Positions 50,215 through 59,885 are shown, counted from the stretch's first letter. The stretch is 64,000 bases of DNA from Nitrospirota bacterium (GCA_963663225.1 OY760142.1:448001-512000), one strand, 5' to 3'. Notes: generated from the letters alone by a model not told the origin. Numbers and translations: made by a program.

Positions 50215-51510
50215 TTATATCGCATGCAGCGCCTGTTCCAAATCCCATAATAAATCCTCCACTGTTTCCAAACCGATCGACAAACGAATCAGTCCCGGAC
50301 CTATACCACCCAGTTTCAGCTCTTCATCCGAAAGCTGCTGGTGCGTCGTTGAGGCGGGGTGTATAACAAGACTGCGGGCATCACCTACATTGGCTAGATG
50401 TGAGAATAGCTGCAATGATTCAATAAACTTTTTTCCTGCCAGCCGCACGTCGCCGGAAGCAGGCTTAATATCAAAAGAAAAAACGGCCCCCGGTCCTTTC
50501 GGCAAATATTTTTTCGCACGGTCATAGTGGGGATGATCCGGCAGCCCCGCATAGTGCACCTGCGCCACCTGCGGGTGCTGTGTGAGAAAATTTGCGACTT
50601 TACGTGCGTTCGCAACGTGGCGTTCCATACGGACAGAAAGTGTTTCCAATCCCTGAAGCAGCAAAAATGAGTTCATCGGAGATATGCAGGCGCCGGTATC
50701 ACGTACTGTTTCAACACGGAGTTTCATAAGGAACCCATAATGGCCAAAAGTATCGTAAAAACGCAGGCCGTGATATGAAGGTGATGCATCCGCAATCGTC
50801 GGATACTGTGAATAATCAAAGTTTCCAGATTCTACTACAACACCTCCGATGCTCGTTCCATGTCCTCCGATGAATTTTGTCGCTGAATGGAGAACGATGG
50901 TAGCACCCCAGTCAATCGGACGACAAAGATAGGGTGTGGCAAAGGTACTATCCACGATGAGCGGAATGCAGTTGCTTTTGGCAAGCGAAGCTAGAGGTTC
51001 CAAGTCCAAAATTCCTCCGCCCGGATTTCCAATAATTTCACCGAATAGCGCCCGAGTTTTCGGCGTTATGGCTTTTTCCCAGGCATTATTATCGGAGGGA
51101 TCCGCAAAATGCACCTGTATGCAAAGTTTATTCAAGGTGTGCGTCAGTTGGGTCATGGTTCCGCCGTAAAGCTGAGAAGAAGCGACTATTTCGTCTCCCG
51201 GAGATAACAGAGTCATAAATGTTGCAAATTGCGCTGCCATACCGCTTGCTACAGCCACAGCACCGGTACCGTTATCCAATGACGCTATTCGTTCCTCAAG
51301 TGCTGCCGTCGTCGGATTGCTGATGCGTGTGTATATATTACCGTATTGCTTAAGATCAAAAAGTTGGGCTGCTTGTTCCGTATCACTAAATACATATGAT
51401 GTTGTCTGATAAATAGGAACCGCGCGGGCTCCCACAACCGGATCTGGTATATGGCCAGCATGAACCATGCGCGTCTCAAATCCAAATTTTCTTTTATCAA
51501 TGTGCGGCAT
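50215..51510 (-). CDS. metY: O-acetylhomoserine sulfhydrylase
   Basis: PIYQTTSY, GNIYTRI.NPT, HSATKFIGGHG, HLANVGD..SLVIHPASTTHQQL motifs. Confidence 0.9.
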   Translation of the reverse strand: MPHIDKRKFGFETRMVHAGHIPDPVVGARAVPIYQTTSYVFSDTEQAAQLFDLKQYGNIYTRISNPTTAALEERIASLDNGTGAVAVASGMAAQFATFMTLLSPGDEIVASSQLYGGTMTQLTHTLNKLCIQVHFADPSDNNAWEKAITPKTRALFGEIIGNPGGGILDLEPLASLAKSNCIPLIVDSTFATPYLCRPIDWGATIVLHSATKFIGGHGTSIGGVVVESGNFDYSQYPTIADASPSYHGLRFYDTFGHYGFLMKLRVETVRDTGACISPMNSFLLLQGLETLSVRMERHVANARKVANFLTQHPQVAQVHYAGLPDHPHYDRAKKYLPKGPGAVFSFDIKPASGDVRLAGKKFIESLQLFSHLANVGDARSLVIHPASTTHQQLSDEELKLGGIGPGLIRLSIGLETVEDLLWDLEQALHAI

Positions 51511-51523
51511 ATCCCTTGTCCCT

Positions 51524-51964
51524 TCAGATTTTTATAAAACGGGCTGCTACATCATTTTTCCGTATTTCATCAAGCGCTGCCCGATCAGGCCGTTCCGGTC
51601 TGTCTCGTTCCACATTCACTATACAGAGAAAGCCAAAAGGTTTCTGCTCTATTGCCTGAAATTGGTGCCACGTATTGGGTGGTATATATACGACATCAAA
51701 CGAGTCCAATAATAATACTTCCTGACCCACAAGTGCTTTGCCTTTCCCGCGGATAATCATAACTACATGCTCATGTGTATGCCGTTCAAGCGTTGAATAT
51801 CCGCCAGACGCAATTTCAAAATACCGAAGCTGCCCGTGAAGATTTTTGGTTCCATCGAACAGTATTTGCCGGGTAACAGCCCGAAAATGTGTTCCTTCTT
51901 CCTTATAATCTAGCATCGGTACATTTTTCCAGGTGAAGTCGCCGTTGTGTTTGTTCAATGGCAT
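51524..51964 (-). CDS. Cupin, methylthioxylulose-5-P methylsulfurylase-like
   Basis: LRYFEI..GGYSTLERH.HEH, WHQF, GFLC.V..ERD.P motifs; in the same operon as the RLP. Confidence 0.75.
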   Translation of the reverse strand: MPLNKHNGDFTWKNVPMLDYKEEGTHFRAVTRQILFDGTKNLHGQLRYFEIASGGYSTLERHTHEHVVMIIRGKGKALVGQEVLLLDSFDVVYIPPNTWHQFQAIEQKPFGFLCIVNVERDRPERPDRAALDEIRKNDVAARFIKI

Positions 51965-51989
51965 GAGGCCTCTCCCATCGATACAGGTT

Positions 51990-52874
51990 TTATTTCTGCC
52001 AGCTTGCCGATTGCAGGGACTCGCTCTGCTTTGGTCCTGGTTTATTCAATAATTTGCTGTTCCCGATCCAGGTTCGCAAATACTGAAACGTTGTCCTGAA
52101 CAGTTCGCCTTCAAAAAAGGCAAAAGAATGCGGTGCGCCTTGAATAACACGCAGCGCCTTCGGCTCTCTCGACGATAAAAACAGTTCCATCGTCTGCTCG
52201 GGCAGCACCTTGGTGTCCGCACTGCCTTGAATGAGAAGTACCGGCCGTGGTGAGAGATCAGCAATATCCTGGAGAGGCCGGTGTTTGGGCAAATCAGAAA
52301 AAAAAGTGGATTTCAGTACGAATTGTTTTGCGTCATTTCTGCACAAAATCTTTTTGCCACGTTTTGCATCAAAAAAGGCTTTTCCCCCCAGGATACTTTG
52401 AAGCACGGTTAATGGACTTGAAACCGGAGCCCATCCCACAAATCCCTGGATATGAGAATCACGTGCCGCAGCGGACAACGCTACTGCACCACCCAGGCTG
52501 TAACCGATTAAAAATATCGGTGATTGTAACAGCACAGTGATAGTCCGGACGTATGCAATCGCGCTTTCAAGGTCTTCTATTTCCCGACTGACCGTCATGT
52601 CAGCAAAATCACCCTCACTATCTCCGCTGCCGGCATAATCAAAACGCAGAACTGCATACCCTTCATGCTGAGCTTGTCGAGCAAACTTTACAAAAAGCCG
52701 GTTGTCGCTCACCTTATCATCCGTAAATCCATGAGACATAATAAGCACCGGAGGACATATTATGTTTTGCGGCATATGCAAGACGCCGGACAACTGCTGA
52801 CCTCGTCTGTTCGCAAATAAAAAAGGACTTTCATAAAGCATAGGGGGTATCCTTCTGCATTCTTTTTCTATCAA
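51990..52874 (-). CDS. Alpha/beta hydrolase
   Basis: HGF, RFDY.GSGDSEG, GYSLGG, G.AD..V and catalytic His in APHSF. Confidence 0.88.
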   Translation of the reverse strand: MIEKECRRIPPMLYESPFLFANRRGQQLSGVLHMPQNIICPPVLIMSHGFTDDKVSDNRLFVKFARQAQHEGYAVLRFDYAGSGDSEGDFADMTVSREIEDLESAIAYVRTITVLLQSPIFLIGYSLGGAVALSAAARDSHIQGFVGWAPVSSPLTVLQSILGGKAFFDAKRGKKILCRNDAKQFVLKSTFFSDLPKHRPLQDIADLSPRPVLLIQGSADTKVLPEQTMELFLSSREPKALRVIQGAPHSFAFFEGELFRTTFQYLRTWIGNSKLLNKPGPKQSESLQSASWQK

Positions 52875-53995
52875 TTCTCATACCGGTCTACCATGTGACG
52901 AAAATACCGGCAGTTTTCTAGCAAATCCGGTCCATGCGTAAACAACCCACCGCCGATCAGAAAGATCACATCGCATCCATATAAATCAAGCATCTCGGGC
53001 ACCCGTTCCAGACTCATACCCCCACCTGGTGCGGGAAAACTGGGCTGTATTGCTCCCATCCGGACCTCAGTCCCCCTGGCAATGCCGGCGCATTCCTCTT
53101 TTGTGAAGCTGAACCTTCCACCGAAGTTGGGATAAATACTTGCGTCAGCACCTGCAAGCCTGGCGATCTGACCGAACAGTGCATAATGTGAGATGCCGCT
53201 TTCAGCATTCAAAACGTACGTGCCTTGAAACGCCGGATGACTGAACACCGGAAGGCCAAGTGAATCATTCTCTGCTATTTTGCGCATGGCATCAAGCCCT
53301 GCCAAACCGGGAGATACGAGAAAACCCAGTGCGCCATGCTTCTTTGCTGTCCGGGCTCGCGCTAACATTTCATCCGGTGCAGCAGTTATATTTGCCATAT
53401 AAATGCAACGATACCCAGTTTTAATGTTCGCTTTCTCAACCGCTCTCGCGCACGCTTCCACCCTTTCCTCAAAAGAAGCAAAGCGCTGGTTGGCGATGCC
53501 ATGGTCGTCCTTGATAATGTCTATGCCGCCGCTGGCAAACTGGTAAGCGAGCGACGCAAGTTTATCCGCTGTCAGGCCCAAAGGTTTAAGCGCAGTAAAA
53601 AGCAACGGCCGTTTGCGAATACCCAAAAATTTCCGCAAGCCCTCTCGGCCGAATCGCGGTCCACTAAACAGTGTCAACAGACTGTCTGGCAGATCAAACT
53701 TCTCCACCCGAACTCCCGGTTTGATGCTGATGTTTCCGAAGAGCACGTTCAGAAACTGGCTGAAGTCTTTACCGCAAATTTCCACATCGAAACTTATTAC
53801 GACACGGCAGCCGATATCATCAATCTGTTTGAGCGATTCAATTCTTCCAACGATATGCTGTTTGATCGCCTGATCCGTTATCAGTGCGGCCGGGAACTCT
53901 ACTGTTTGTTCATAGCAGATATCCTGCGCCCTGTTCAATGCCTCTTGTTCGTTGCCTTTAATGTGGTATTCGACTGAGAAACGATCACCAAACAT
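52871..53995 (-). CDS. RuBisCO-like protein (form IV, KDDH type)
   Basis: EQTVE, GNIS, GPRFG, LKPLG, IIKDDHG, PGGGM, LIGG motifs. Confidence 0.9.
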   Translation of the reverse strand: MFGDRFSVEYHIKGNEQEALNRAQDICYEQTVEFPAALITDQAIKQHIVGRIESLKQIDDIGCRVVISFDVEICGKDFSQFLNVLFGNISIKPGVRVEKFDLPDSLLTLFSGPRFGREGLRKFLGIRKRPLLFTALKPLGLTADKLASLAYQFASGGIDIIKDDHGIANQRFASFEERVEACARAVEKANIKTGYRCIYMANITAAPDEMLARARTAKKHGALGFLVSPGLAGLDAMRKIAENDSLGLPVFSHPAFQGTYVLNAESGISHYALFGQIARLAGADASIYPNFGGRFSFTKEECAGIARGTEVRMGAIQPSFPAPGGGMSLERVPEMLDLYGCDVIFLIGGGLFTHGPDLLENCRYFRHMVDRYEN

Positions 53996-54118
53996 GCTTT
54001 GCCTTTATTATTTGCAATGACTGCCCACAAGACTGAACTATTGATTTTTATTCCATTGCTCGCAAAAATTACTTTCGGTACCCTACAGGTACCGCTACAC
54101 TGTTACAGGCACTTATCT

Positions 54119-54134
54119 AGCAAACCATATGCCA
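54119..54134 (-). promoter_or_regulatory. sigma54 promoter for the RLP operon
   Basis: TGGCATATGGTTTGCT on the minus strand. Confidence 0.78.
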
Positions 54135-54383
54135 TCAAAAAAAACTGCATAAACAGGCACTATGCATGGAGGGCTCTATCGACGTTGGTTATTATTTTAA
54201 CAAATTGTATATTTTATAATCATTGAATATATTAATTTTTCCAGAAACAAGTATTGCCGTTTTGACTATAGCTGTAAATAATCTGTAGTATTATACTCAA
54301 ATGGTTGCTATACTGTTATTTGAAATCGCCAAAACATCTTTGCCTAGACTGATTTTTTAGGAAATCTGAGCATTCACTCCGCC

Positions 54384-55388
54384 ATGAAACGTAAAGCAAT
54401 TGCACTCTACTCTGGGGGATTGGACAGTACCCTTGCCATCCTTCTGGTCCTCAAGCAAAACATTGAAGTAACAGCGATTACTTTTCTAACCGACTTCGGC
54501 TGTGATGCCAGTGATACTTCGTCGTGTTCAAGGAACCCGGCGCCAGCCGCTGCACAGTTTGGATTCAGCCTAAAGCTTTGCCATCTTGGTGAAAAATTTA
54601 CCGAAATCGTAAAATCTCCACGCTTCGGCCATGGCAAGAATATGAACCCGTGTATCGACTGCCGAATACTTATGCTCCGGGAAGCGGGGGAATTGATGCA
54701 AATCACCGGAGCGGACTTCATCATTACCGGTGAAGTATTAGGTCAGAGGCCCATGTCGCAAAGAAAAGACACGCTTAATATTATCGACCGTGAAAGTGGC
54801 CTGAAAGGCCACATCGTGCGGCCATTATCAGCCAAGCTTTTGCCAACAACCACTCCTGAAAAGCTTGGAATTATTCATCGTGAGCAACTTCTCGGTTTAA
54901 ATGGCCGTTCAAGAAAACCGCAGATCACTCTTGCGCACGAGTTCGGCTTAACCGATTATCCCAATCCTGCCGGCGGGTGTCTTCTCACTGATCCTATCTA
55001 CTCCCGTCGCCTCCGCGACCTCCTTCATACTGTTCGCGACCCCAACCCAGAAGACCTGGCCTTGCTTCGCATCGGACGGCACTTCCGACTATCGGACAAC
55101 TGCAGGATTATTGTCGGACGAAACGAAGGGGAAAACGACATGATCGCGCGAGTAAGAAAACCGGAGGACGTGTTAATCAGTACGTGCACAGTAGCTGGAC
55201 CTATTGTCCTGCTCCGAGGTTCAGATGCAGGAATGTTTATCGATTTTGGAGCATCGCTCTGTGCGCGTTATTCTGATGCAAGAGGATTTCCTGATGTTGA
55301 AGTTAAAATTTTAAAGAATACAGAGGAGAAGGTACTGAGTGCGGTTCCTACACCGGATCATATCATTGAACGGCACATACTTCGATGA
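54384..55388 (+). CDS. PP-loop tRNA thiolase-like protein (ThiI/MnmA-like with C-terminal DUF814-like domain)
   Basis: SGGLDS, NPCIDC, TGEVLGQRPMSQ, PAGGCLLT, GRHFR motifs. Confidence 0.78.
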   Translation: MKRKAIALYSGGLDSTLAILLVLKQNIEVTAITFLTDFGCDASDTSSCSRNPAPAAAQFGFSLKLCHLGEKFTEIVKSPRFGHGKNMNPCIDCRILMLREAGELMQITGADFIITGEVLGQRPMSQRKDTLNIIDRESGLKGHIVRPLSAKLLPTTTPEKLGIIHREQLLGLNGRSRKPQITLAHEFGLTDYPNPAGGCLLTDPIYSRRLRDLLHTVRDPNPEDLALLRIGRHFRLSDNCRIIVGRNEGENDMIARVRKPEDVLISTCTVAGPIVLLRGSDAGMFIDFGASLCARYSDARGFPDVEVKILKNTEEKVLSAVPTPDHIIERHILR

Positions 55389-55590
55389 CTTGGTTGTAAG
55401 CTGTAATTTCAAACATATTGTTCATTTTGAAAAGATACAGAAATTCAATGCCATGAATCCCGATCTGGGGTACAGGTCGATTTCCATTTATTCCCCAAGG
55501 GAGGTAACAACAAATGTCAGTGAAGGCAGTTGAAATGGTTCGCAAAATCAGAGATCAGCATTACTAAGAAACGAAAGATATCTCGGTTAG
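55387..55590 (+). pseudogene. Decayed PIN-domain toxin C-terminus plus small partner gene with premature stop
   Basis: VSCNFKHIVHFEKI.KFNA.N...GY..I.IYSPREV, then MSVKAVEMVRKIRDQHY*ETKD. Confidence 0.55.
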
Positions 55591-55872
55591 CCATGCTTCT
55601 TTCTATTGTCTTACAAGAAAGGAGCGTGAATAATTAAAAAAATAAAGACAGAGCAGTCGCTCTTCTTTGAAAAGCCCGATTCTACACCCGATACAATAAC
55701 TCGAGGTGGTCAGTCTAAACCACTTAAAATCAGTTTCACATTGCAGCTCGGTTGGATATTCCGCAGCGTTTCACAAACTCTTTTGTGCAGTACTGCGGAT
55801 GCGTGTGAAACTCTTGTAAAACTGTTCGGAAAAGCTATAAAAGAGTATTCGCGAAGCTCACGTTTTTTAAAT

Positions 55873-57090
55873 TCACCCGATGACGGCACTTAACGGAACA
55901 GCCCATATTTTTTCTCCGAGCGGAACAGTTTCAGTCCCGTTATAAGCCAGGACAGCAGCAACGCAATCAGGAGTGTTCGCAAGAAACGCTTTAAGCCCGG
56001 CAATATCACGTTCCTCCCATCGCGCCGACATCTTGACTTCAATTGCTATACATCTGTTTTCTGACTCAATAACAAAATCCACCTCATAGCGGCCCTGCAC
56101 ATTCCAAAAATGGATGGATGCGTGAGGCAGCCTGGCATCGATGATACCAGTGAGGTTTTGGGCGACATAGGTCTCCAGCAATGCTCCCCTGGATGGGCCA
56201 CTACTGAGTTTTCGAACGCCAGCAAGATAACCGGCAAGACCTGCGTCGGAAAAATAGAACTTAGGAGACTTGATCAGCCTGCTTGCACGATTTTTTAGAT
56301 AGGGAGTTAAACGATACCCAATAAAAGAAACTTCCATTAAATCAAGATGCCGCGATACCGTTACTGCATTCATCTTCGCGTCCCTTCCGAGTTCACTGGG
56401 GCTTAGTAGCCGTCCTGTCCGCAAAGCGGATAACTCAAGAAGGTTTTTGAAGAGAATAAGATTGTCAAGGCGACTAAATTGCCTGATATCTCTCTCAAGA
56501 TAGGTTTGCTCATATCCCTTAAACCAGAGCGTGCGGTCTTTCACCTCCCCAAGACAAACGGATGGCATCCCCCCTGCAAGGATTTCGTCGTCCTTGATGG
56601 CAGACAATATATGCTTTCTTGGCGGTTTGCCATCGTCGAGCAACCGTTCCACGAAAGACGTGTCTTCCAACGAACCGGCAATCTCCCGCCGAGTAAACGG
56701 GTGCATCGTAAAATAGATAGCCCTTCCCGCAAGGCTCTCGGTGATTCCTTGCAAAACCGCGAAATTTGCCGAACCTGAAAGCAAAAACTGACCGGGTTTT
56801 CGATTCTGATCAACTTGTTTCTTGATTGCGGTCAGTAGCTCAGGGCATTTCTGCACCTCATCGATGGTAAGTGGCTCATCACTCTCGATAAACTGCTCTG
56901 GAGCTTCCTTGGCAGCGCTTAGTTGAACAATATCATCAAGAGTCACATACCGCCGTTTTCCCAATCCGGGTTCTTTTTGCAAAAAAGTACTTTTTCCGGT
57001 CTGCCGCATGCCGGTTACTACTACAACCGGCATATTTTTCAGTGCATTAATAATTGTCCCCGCGATATCGCGTTTTCGATATTTTGTCAT
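55873..57090 (-). CDS. AAA_14 ATPase with DUF4143 domain
   Basis: GMRQTGKST, IDEVQK, LSGSA, ESLAGR, KSPKFYF.D.GL, EVDF...IEVK motifs. Confidence 0.88.
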   Translation of the reverse strand: MTKYRKRDIAGTIINALKNMPVVVVTGMRQTGKSTFLQKEPGLGKRRYVTLDDIVQLSAAKEAPEQFIESDEPLTIDEVQKCPELLTAIKKQVDQNRKPGQFLLSGSANFAVLQGITESLAGRAIYFTMHPFTRREIAGSLEDTSFVERLLDDGKPPRKHILSAIKDDEILAGGMPSVCLGEVKDRTLWFKGYEQTYLERDIRQFSRLDNLILFKNLLELSALRTGRLLSPSELGRDAKMNAVTVSRHLDLMEVSFIGYRLTPYLKNRASRLIKSPKFYFSDAGLAGYLAGVRKLSSGPSRGALLETYVAQNLTGIIDARLPHASIHFWNVQGRYEVDFVIESENRCIAIEVKMSARWEERDIAGLKAFLANTPDCVAAVLAYNGTETVPLGEKIWAVPLSAVIG

Positions 57091-57303
57091 AATACAACAT
57101 ATATTAGTGACAATATGACAGGATGTCAAGAGCTTATTGATGCTTAAGCAGAATACCTTTTTCCTGTCTGTTTAGCCATCACCGTACCTATCATCAAAGA
57201 TTTAAGACCGCAGAAAAGGCATATTTGGAGGATTTTTTAAACAGATTATTGCTACTAACTATTATAAGGTGTTCCGTCTGTCGAGACGAGTGGACTTGCA
57301 CTG

Positions 57304-57354
57304 TGTATGTCAAATACCCCTGCATCAGGCTTGGCACTGATTGATTGACATACA
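57304..57354. repeat. Nested inverted repeat
   Basis: TGTATGTCAA/TTGACATACA enclosing ATCAG/CTGAT. Confidence 0.6.
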
Positions 57355-57660
57355 GGAATTTAAGGAGATAGCGGAAGCCGGTTTAAGTGAATGGCGGAAT
57401 GAGTTGGAACAGGAGGATAAATAATGATCAGCGTTTCTTGAACCGGTAAAAGGTTACGAGCAGGGCAGTATCCTGATTTGAGCGCTTTTACCACTACAGT
57501 CCTTTGTATCCCGCTAACGTCCAAAATGACACGCGCTGGTTTACCCGGGACATGTTTTATAAATTTATGCCAGTGTCTACAGCCGTTTGACATAAACTTA
57601 CTACGATTCACTTTGGGCCCACACGGCTTGCATGCACAGTGGTCTATGAAAATTCTCAAT

Positions 57661-57906
57661 CTAACAATCATTTTTCCTCTTAAAGCTTTTTTTTGCATCT
57701 TTGATGATGGCCAGCGTCTCTCGATTCTGCTCTTCTTTTGGTTTGGAAAGATACTCTTTTATGTACCTGATTGCGTCTTCTTCTGTCTCACAAGCGTTTA
57801 AATCGGCAAAGAGTGCTTCAAGAATGTGTTGCAGTTCCGCAAGGCCGCGAGGTGAGTTGTCCACAGGCTCTACTTCAAAAACCTTTGTGATTTTTTTCTT
57901 TCTCAT
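57661..57906 (-). CDS. Hypothetical protein
   Basis: ORF with GGAGA RBS at the end of the integrase-side gene run. Confidence 0.55.
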   Translation of the reverse strand: MRKKKITKVFEVEPVDNSPRGLAELQHILEALFADLNACETEEDAIRYIKEYLSKPKEEQNRETLAIIKDAKKSFKRKNDC

Positions 57907-57992
57907 CCGAGTTAATCTCCATAAAAATGGAGAGGCGGGTAGCAATTAAAAATAAGCGGCAATGCTGCCCACCTCTCGATTATATCCGTATG

Positions 57993-58493
57993 TTATTTAC
58001 ATTTCGCATCCGGGCATTTTGATCTAAACTCACACTTCCGGCATTTTTGAGAATAAGGGTTCCCCCGCGGTGCTGTTCTGTTTTTTAAAAGCTTTAGCAT
58101 CATAGGACTCTGTTTTATTACCTCCCTTATGTGAGATTGCATTTCTGGATTATTTTTAGATAGATTGAAGGTCTTATTAGCATATTGAAGTGCGGCGTTA
58201 TCAACACCGGTTGCCACCATAAGTGCTGCAACCTGCCGTAAGTCGCCCTTTTTGGCGCTTCCATGAACAATAGCGCTCTTATGCTCAATCACCCTGCCGC
58301 GTTCCAGGACATCGGGCCTGCCTGAAATTCTATACTGATAGTTCCGGTAAATCCTGCTCCGCATGTCATTCTGGTCGTGGTCAATGACCCAACCCTGAAG
58401 GTTGCCGGCATTTATCCGTTCTCTTTTTAACTTCTTGAATAAAAAGATCATTATTATAGTTGCGATAAAACAGCCACAGAGAATCCCAGCCAT
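57993..58493 (-). CDS. Cas4-like PD-(D/E)XK nuclease, C-terminal half with N-terminal TM helix
   Basis: ISGRPD, IEHK, Q(xxx) motif, terminal CRKCEFRSKC; hydrophobic N-terminus. Confidence 0.72.
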   Translation of the reverse strand: MAGILCGCFIATIIMIFLFKKLKRERINAGNLQGWVIDHDQNDMRSRIYRNYQYRISGRPDVLERGRVIEHKSAIVHGSAKKGDLRQVAALMVATGVDNAALQYANKTFNLSKNNPEMQSHIREVIKQSPMMLKLLKNRTAPRGNPYSQKCRKCEFRSKCPDAKCK

Positions 58494-58705
58494 ATTAGTC
58501 CTCCCATTATGATTATGTTTTTGAAAACGTTTTGTGTATTTATCACCCGCTGAACCTGCCTGCTTCGTTGCCGATGATAGTCCATCCCCCGCTTTACTGC
58601 ATGATTCTGGGTATTACTGCCTAAGGTCTGGCTGTAAAACCATTTTCTCGGGCAATATTCATACGTTTTAAATTCTGACGATCCGATGAAGTTTTTATTC
58701 TTCAT
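58454..58705 (-). CDS. Cas4-like N-terminal half with C-terminal TM helix
   Basis: IGSSEFKTYEYCPRKWFY...G..YH; hydrophobic C-terminus. Confidence 0.68.
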   Translation of the reverse strand: MKNKNFIGSSEFKTYEYCPRKWFYSQTLGSNTQNHAVKRGMDYHRQRSRQVQRVINTQNVFKNIIIMGGLIWLGFSVAVLSQL

Positions 58706-59885
58706 TGTTTGCGTTTTCCTCCTTTTCTGGGTTGTTTTGCTCTTCAAGTTTCCTGTCGAGGAACCTCTCGAACGCTGAACCATCCATTCTGGTTAGGTTC
58801 GGTATGAACTTCGAATAGACCTTGAAGAGCATCTCCGTATTGGAGTGGCCCAGTTGCCGGGCCACCCACTCAGGATTCTCGCCGGAGGCGAGCCACATGG
58901 TGGCTGCCGTATGGCGTGTCTGGTATGCCGCCCGTGGAGCCAATCCTGCTTTTTTTAATGTCGGATACCAGGTCCTTTTGGTAACGTTGTTGTGGTCGAG
59001 CGGACCTCCCTTTCTTGTCCGAAATACCATCTCACCGTCACCAGTTCTCTCCTTCTGCTTTTTTAGAGCATCGAAAACAATTTTCGACATATCAATGTCA
59101 CGCACGGAACTCTCTGTCTTCGGGGAAACCCACTGCTTCCTCTGCCAGGTGTCCCGTACGAGTATTTTCTTGTTCTTGAAATCCACATATTCCCATTTAA
59201 GACCGTCTATTTCGGCGGTTCGCATGCCAGTAAAGAACCTCACGACATAGTAGTCGTGGAAATCTTCCGGCACGAGTTCGAGAAACTTAAACACTTCCTC
59301 CGGTGAAAGGGGCATGATTTGGGGCTTCCTCACCTTGAGGGGCTTCAAATTCGCGAAAGGTGTATTAAAGTCATGTTCTTCCGCAGCCTCGTTCATGATA
59401 AGCCGCATTACCTGAAGAATGTTGTTGATGCGTTTATTGCTTATTTTCCTTCCTTTTTTACCTTCCAGTTCTGCCAGATTTGTTCTAAATTCTTTAATCT
59501 GCCATTTGGTTATTCCCATAATGGCCTGGTCCTTAAAAGCCGGAATCAAGTGCCTGTCCAGTGTGGAACGAAAATCCATCTGGACAGATGGCTTCCAAGA
59601 TATCTTGTTGTTTTTATACCAAGTCTCGGCATATTCCCCGAAGGTAATGCCTTGACTTATTCTTTTCTCCCCTGCAAATTTCTTTGCATTAAAGCTATTA
59701 GGGAAGTATTTCGAATAATCAAATGTTCCAAGCCGGATTTCGCTTTCGATTTTACTTAAGGCGTCTTCCATAAGCTTTCTATTTTCCGGCGTATTTTTAA
59801 GCTCAGTATGTTCCCGGCATCGGATACCTTTATAATAGAAGTCAAAATACAAATATCCTGACCGAGTGTATCTGATCTTACCCAT
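58695..59885 (-). CDS. int: Tyrosine integrase with arm-binding domain
   Basis: N-terminal LYFDF.Y.G.RCRE; TGMR..E, PKT, YQTRH, LGH...M..VY catalytic set. Confidence 0.95.
   Translation of the reverse strand: MGKIRYTRSGYLYFDFYYKGIRCREHTELKNTPENRKLMEDALSKIESEIRLGTFDYSKYFPNSFNAKKFAGEKRISQGITFGEYAETWYKNNKISWKPSVQMDFRSTLDRHLIPAFKDQAIMGITKWQIKEFRTNLAELEGKKGRKISNKRINNILQVMRLIMNEAAEEHDFNTPFANLKPLKVRKPQIMPLSPEEVFKFLELVPEDFHDYYVVRFFTGMRTAEIDGLKWEYVDFKNKKILVRDTWQRKQWVSPKTESSVRDIDMSKIVFDALKKQKERTGDGEMVFRTRKGGPLDHNNVTKRTWYPTLKKAGLAPRAAYQTRHTAATMWLASGENPEWVARQLGHSNTEMLFKVYSKFIPNLTRMDGSAFERFLDRKLEEQNNPEKEENANNEE

Noticed and set aside
52871-53995. CO2-fixing RuBisCO
   Set aside because: KDDH instead of KDDE, short length, no small subunit or phosphoribulokinase.
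55600-57660. tRNA or tmRNA integration target
   Set aside because: No cloverleaf or T-loop pattern found by eye; needs tRNAscan-SE or ARAGORN to exclude.
57360-57698. Cys-rich minus-strand ORF after the hypothetical gene
   Set aside because: An internal ATG overlaps the upstream stop, so it may be real, but nothing else supports it.
57993-58705. CRISPR-Cas locus
   Set aside because: No repeat-spacer array, cas1 or cas2 visible in the window; this is a solo Cas4-like protein.
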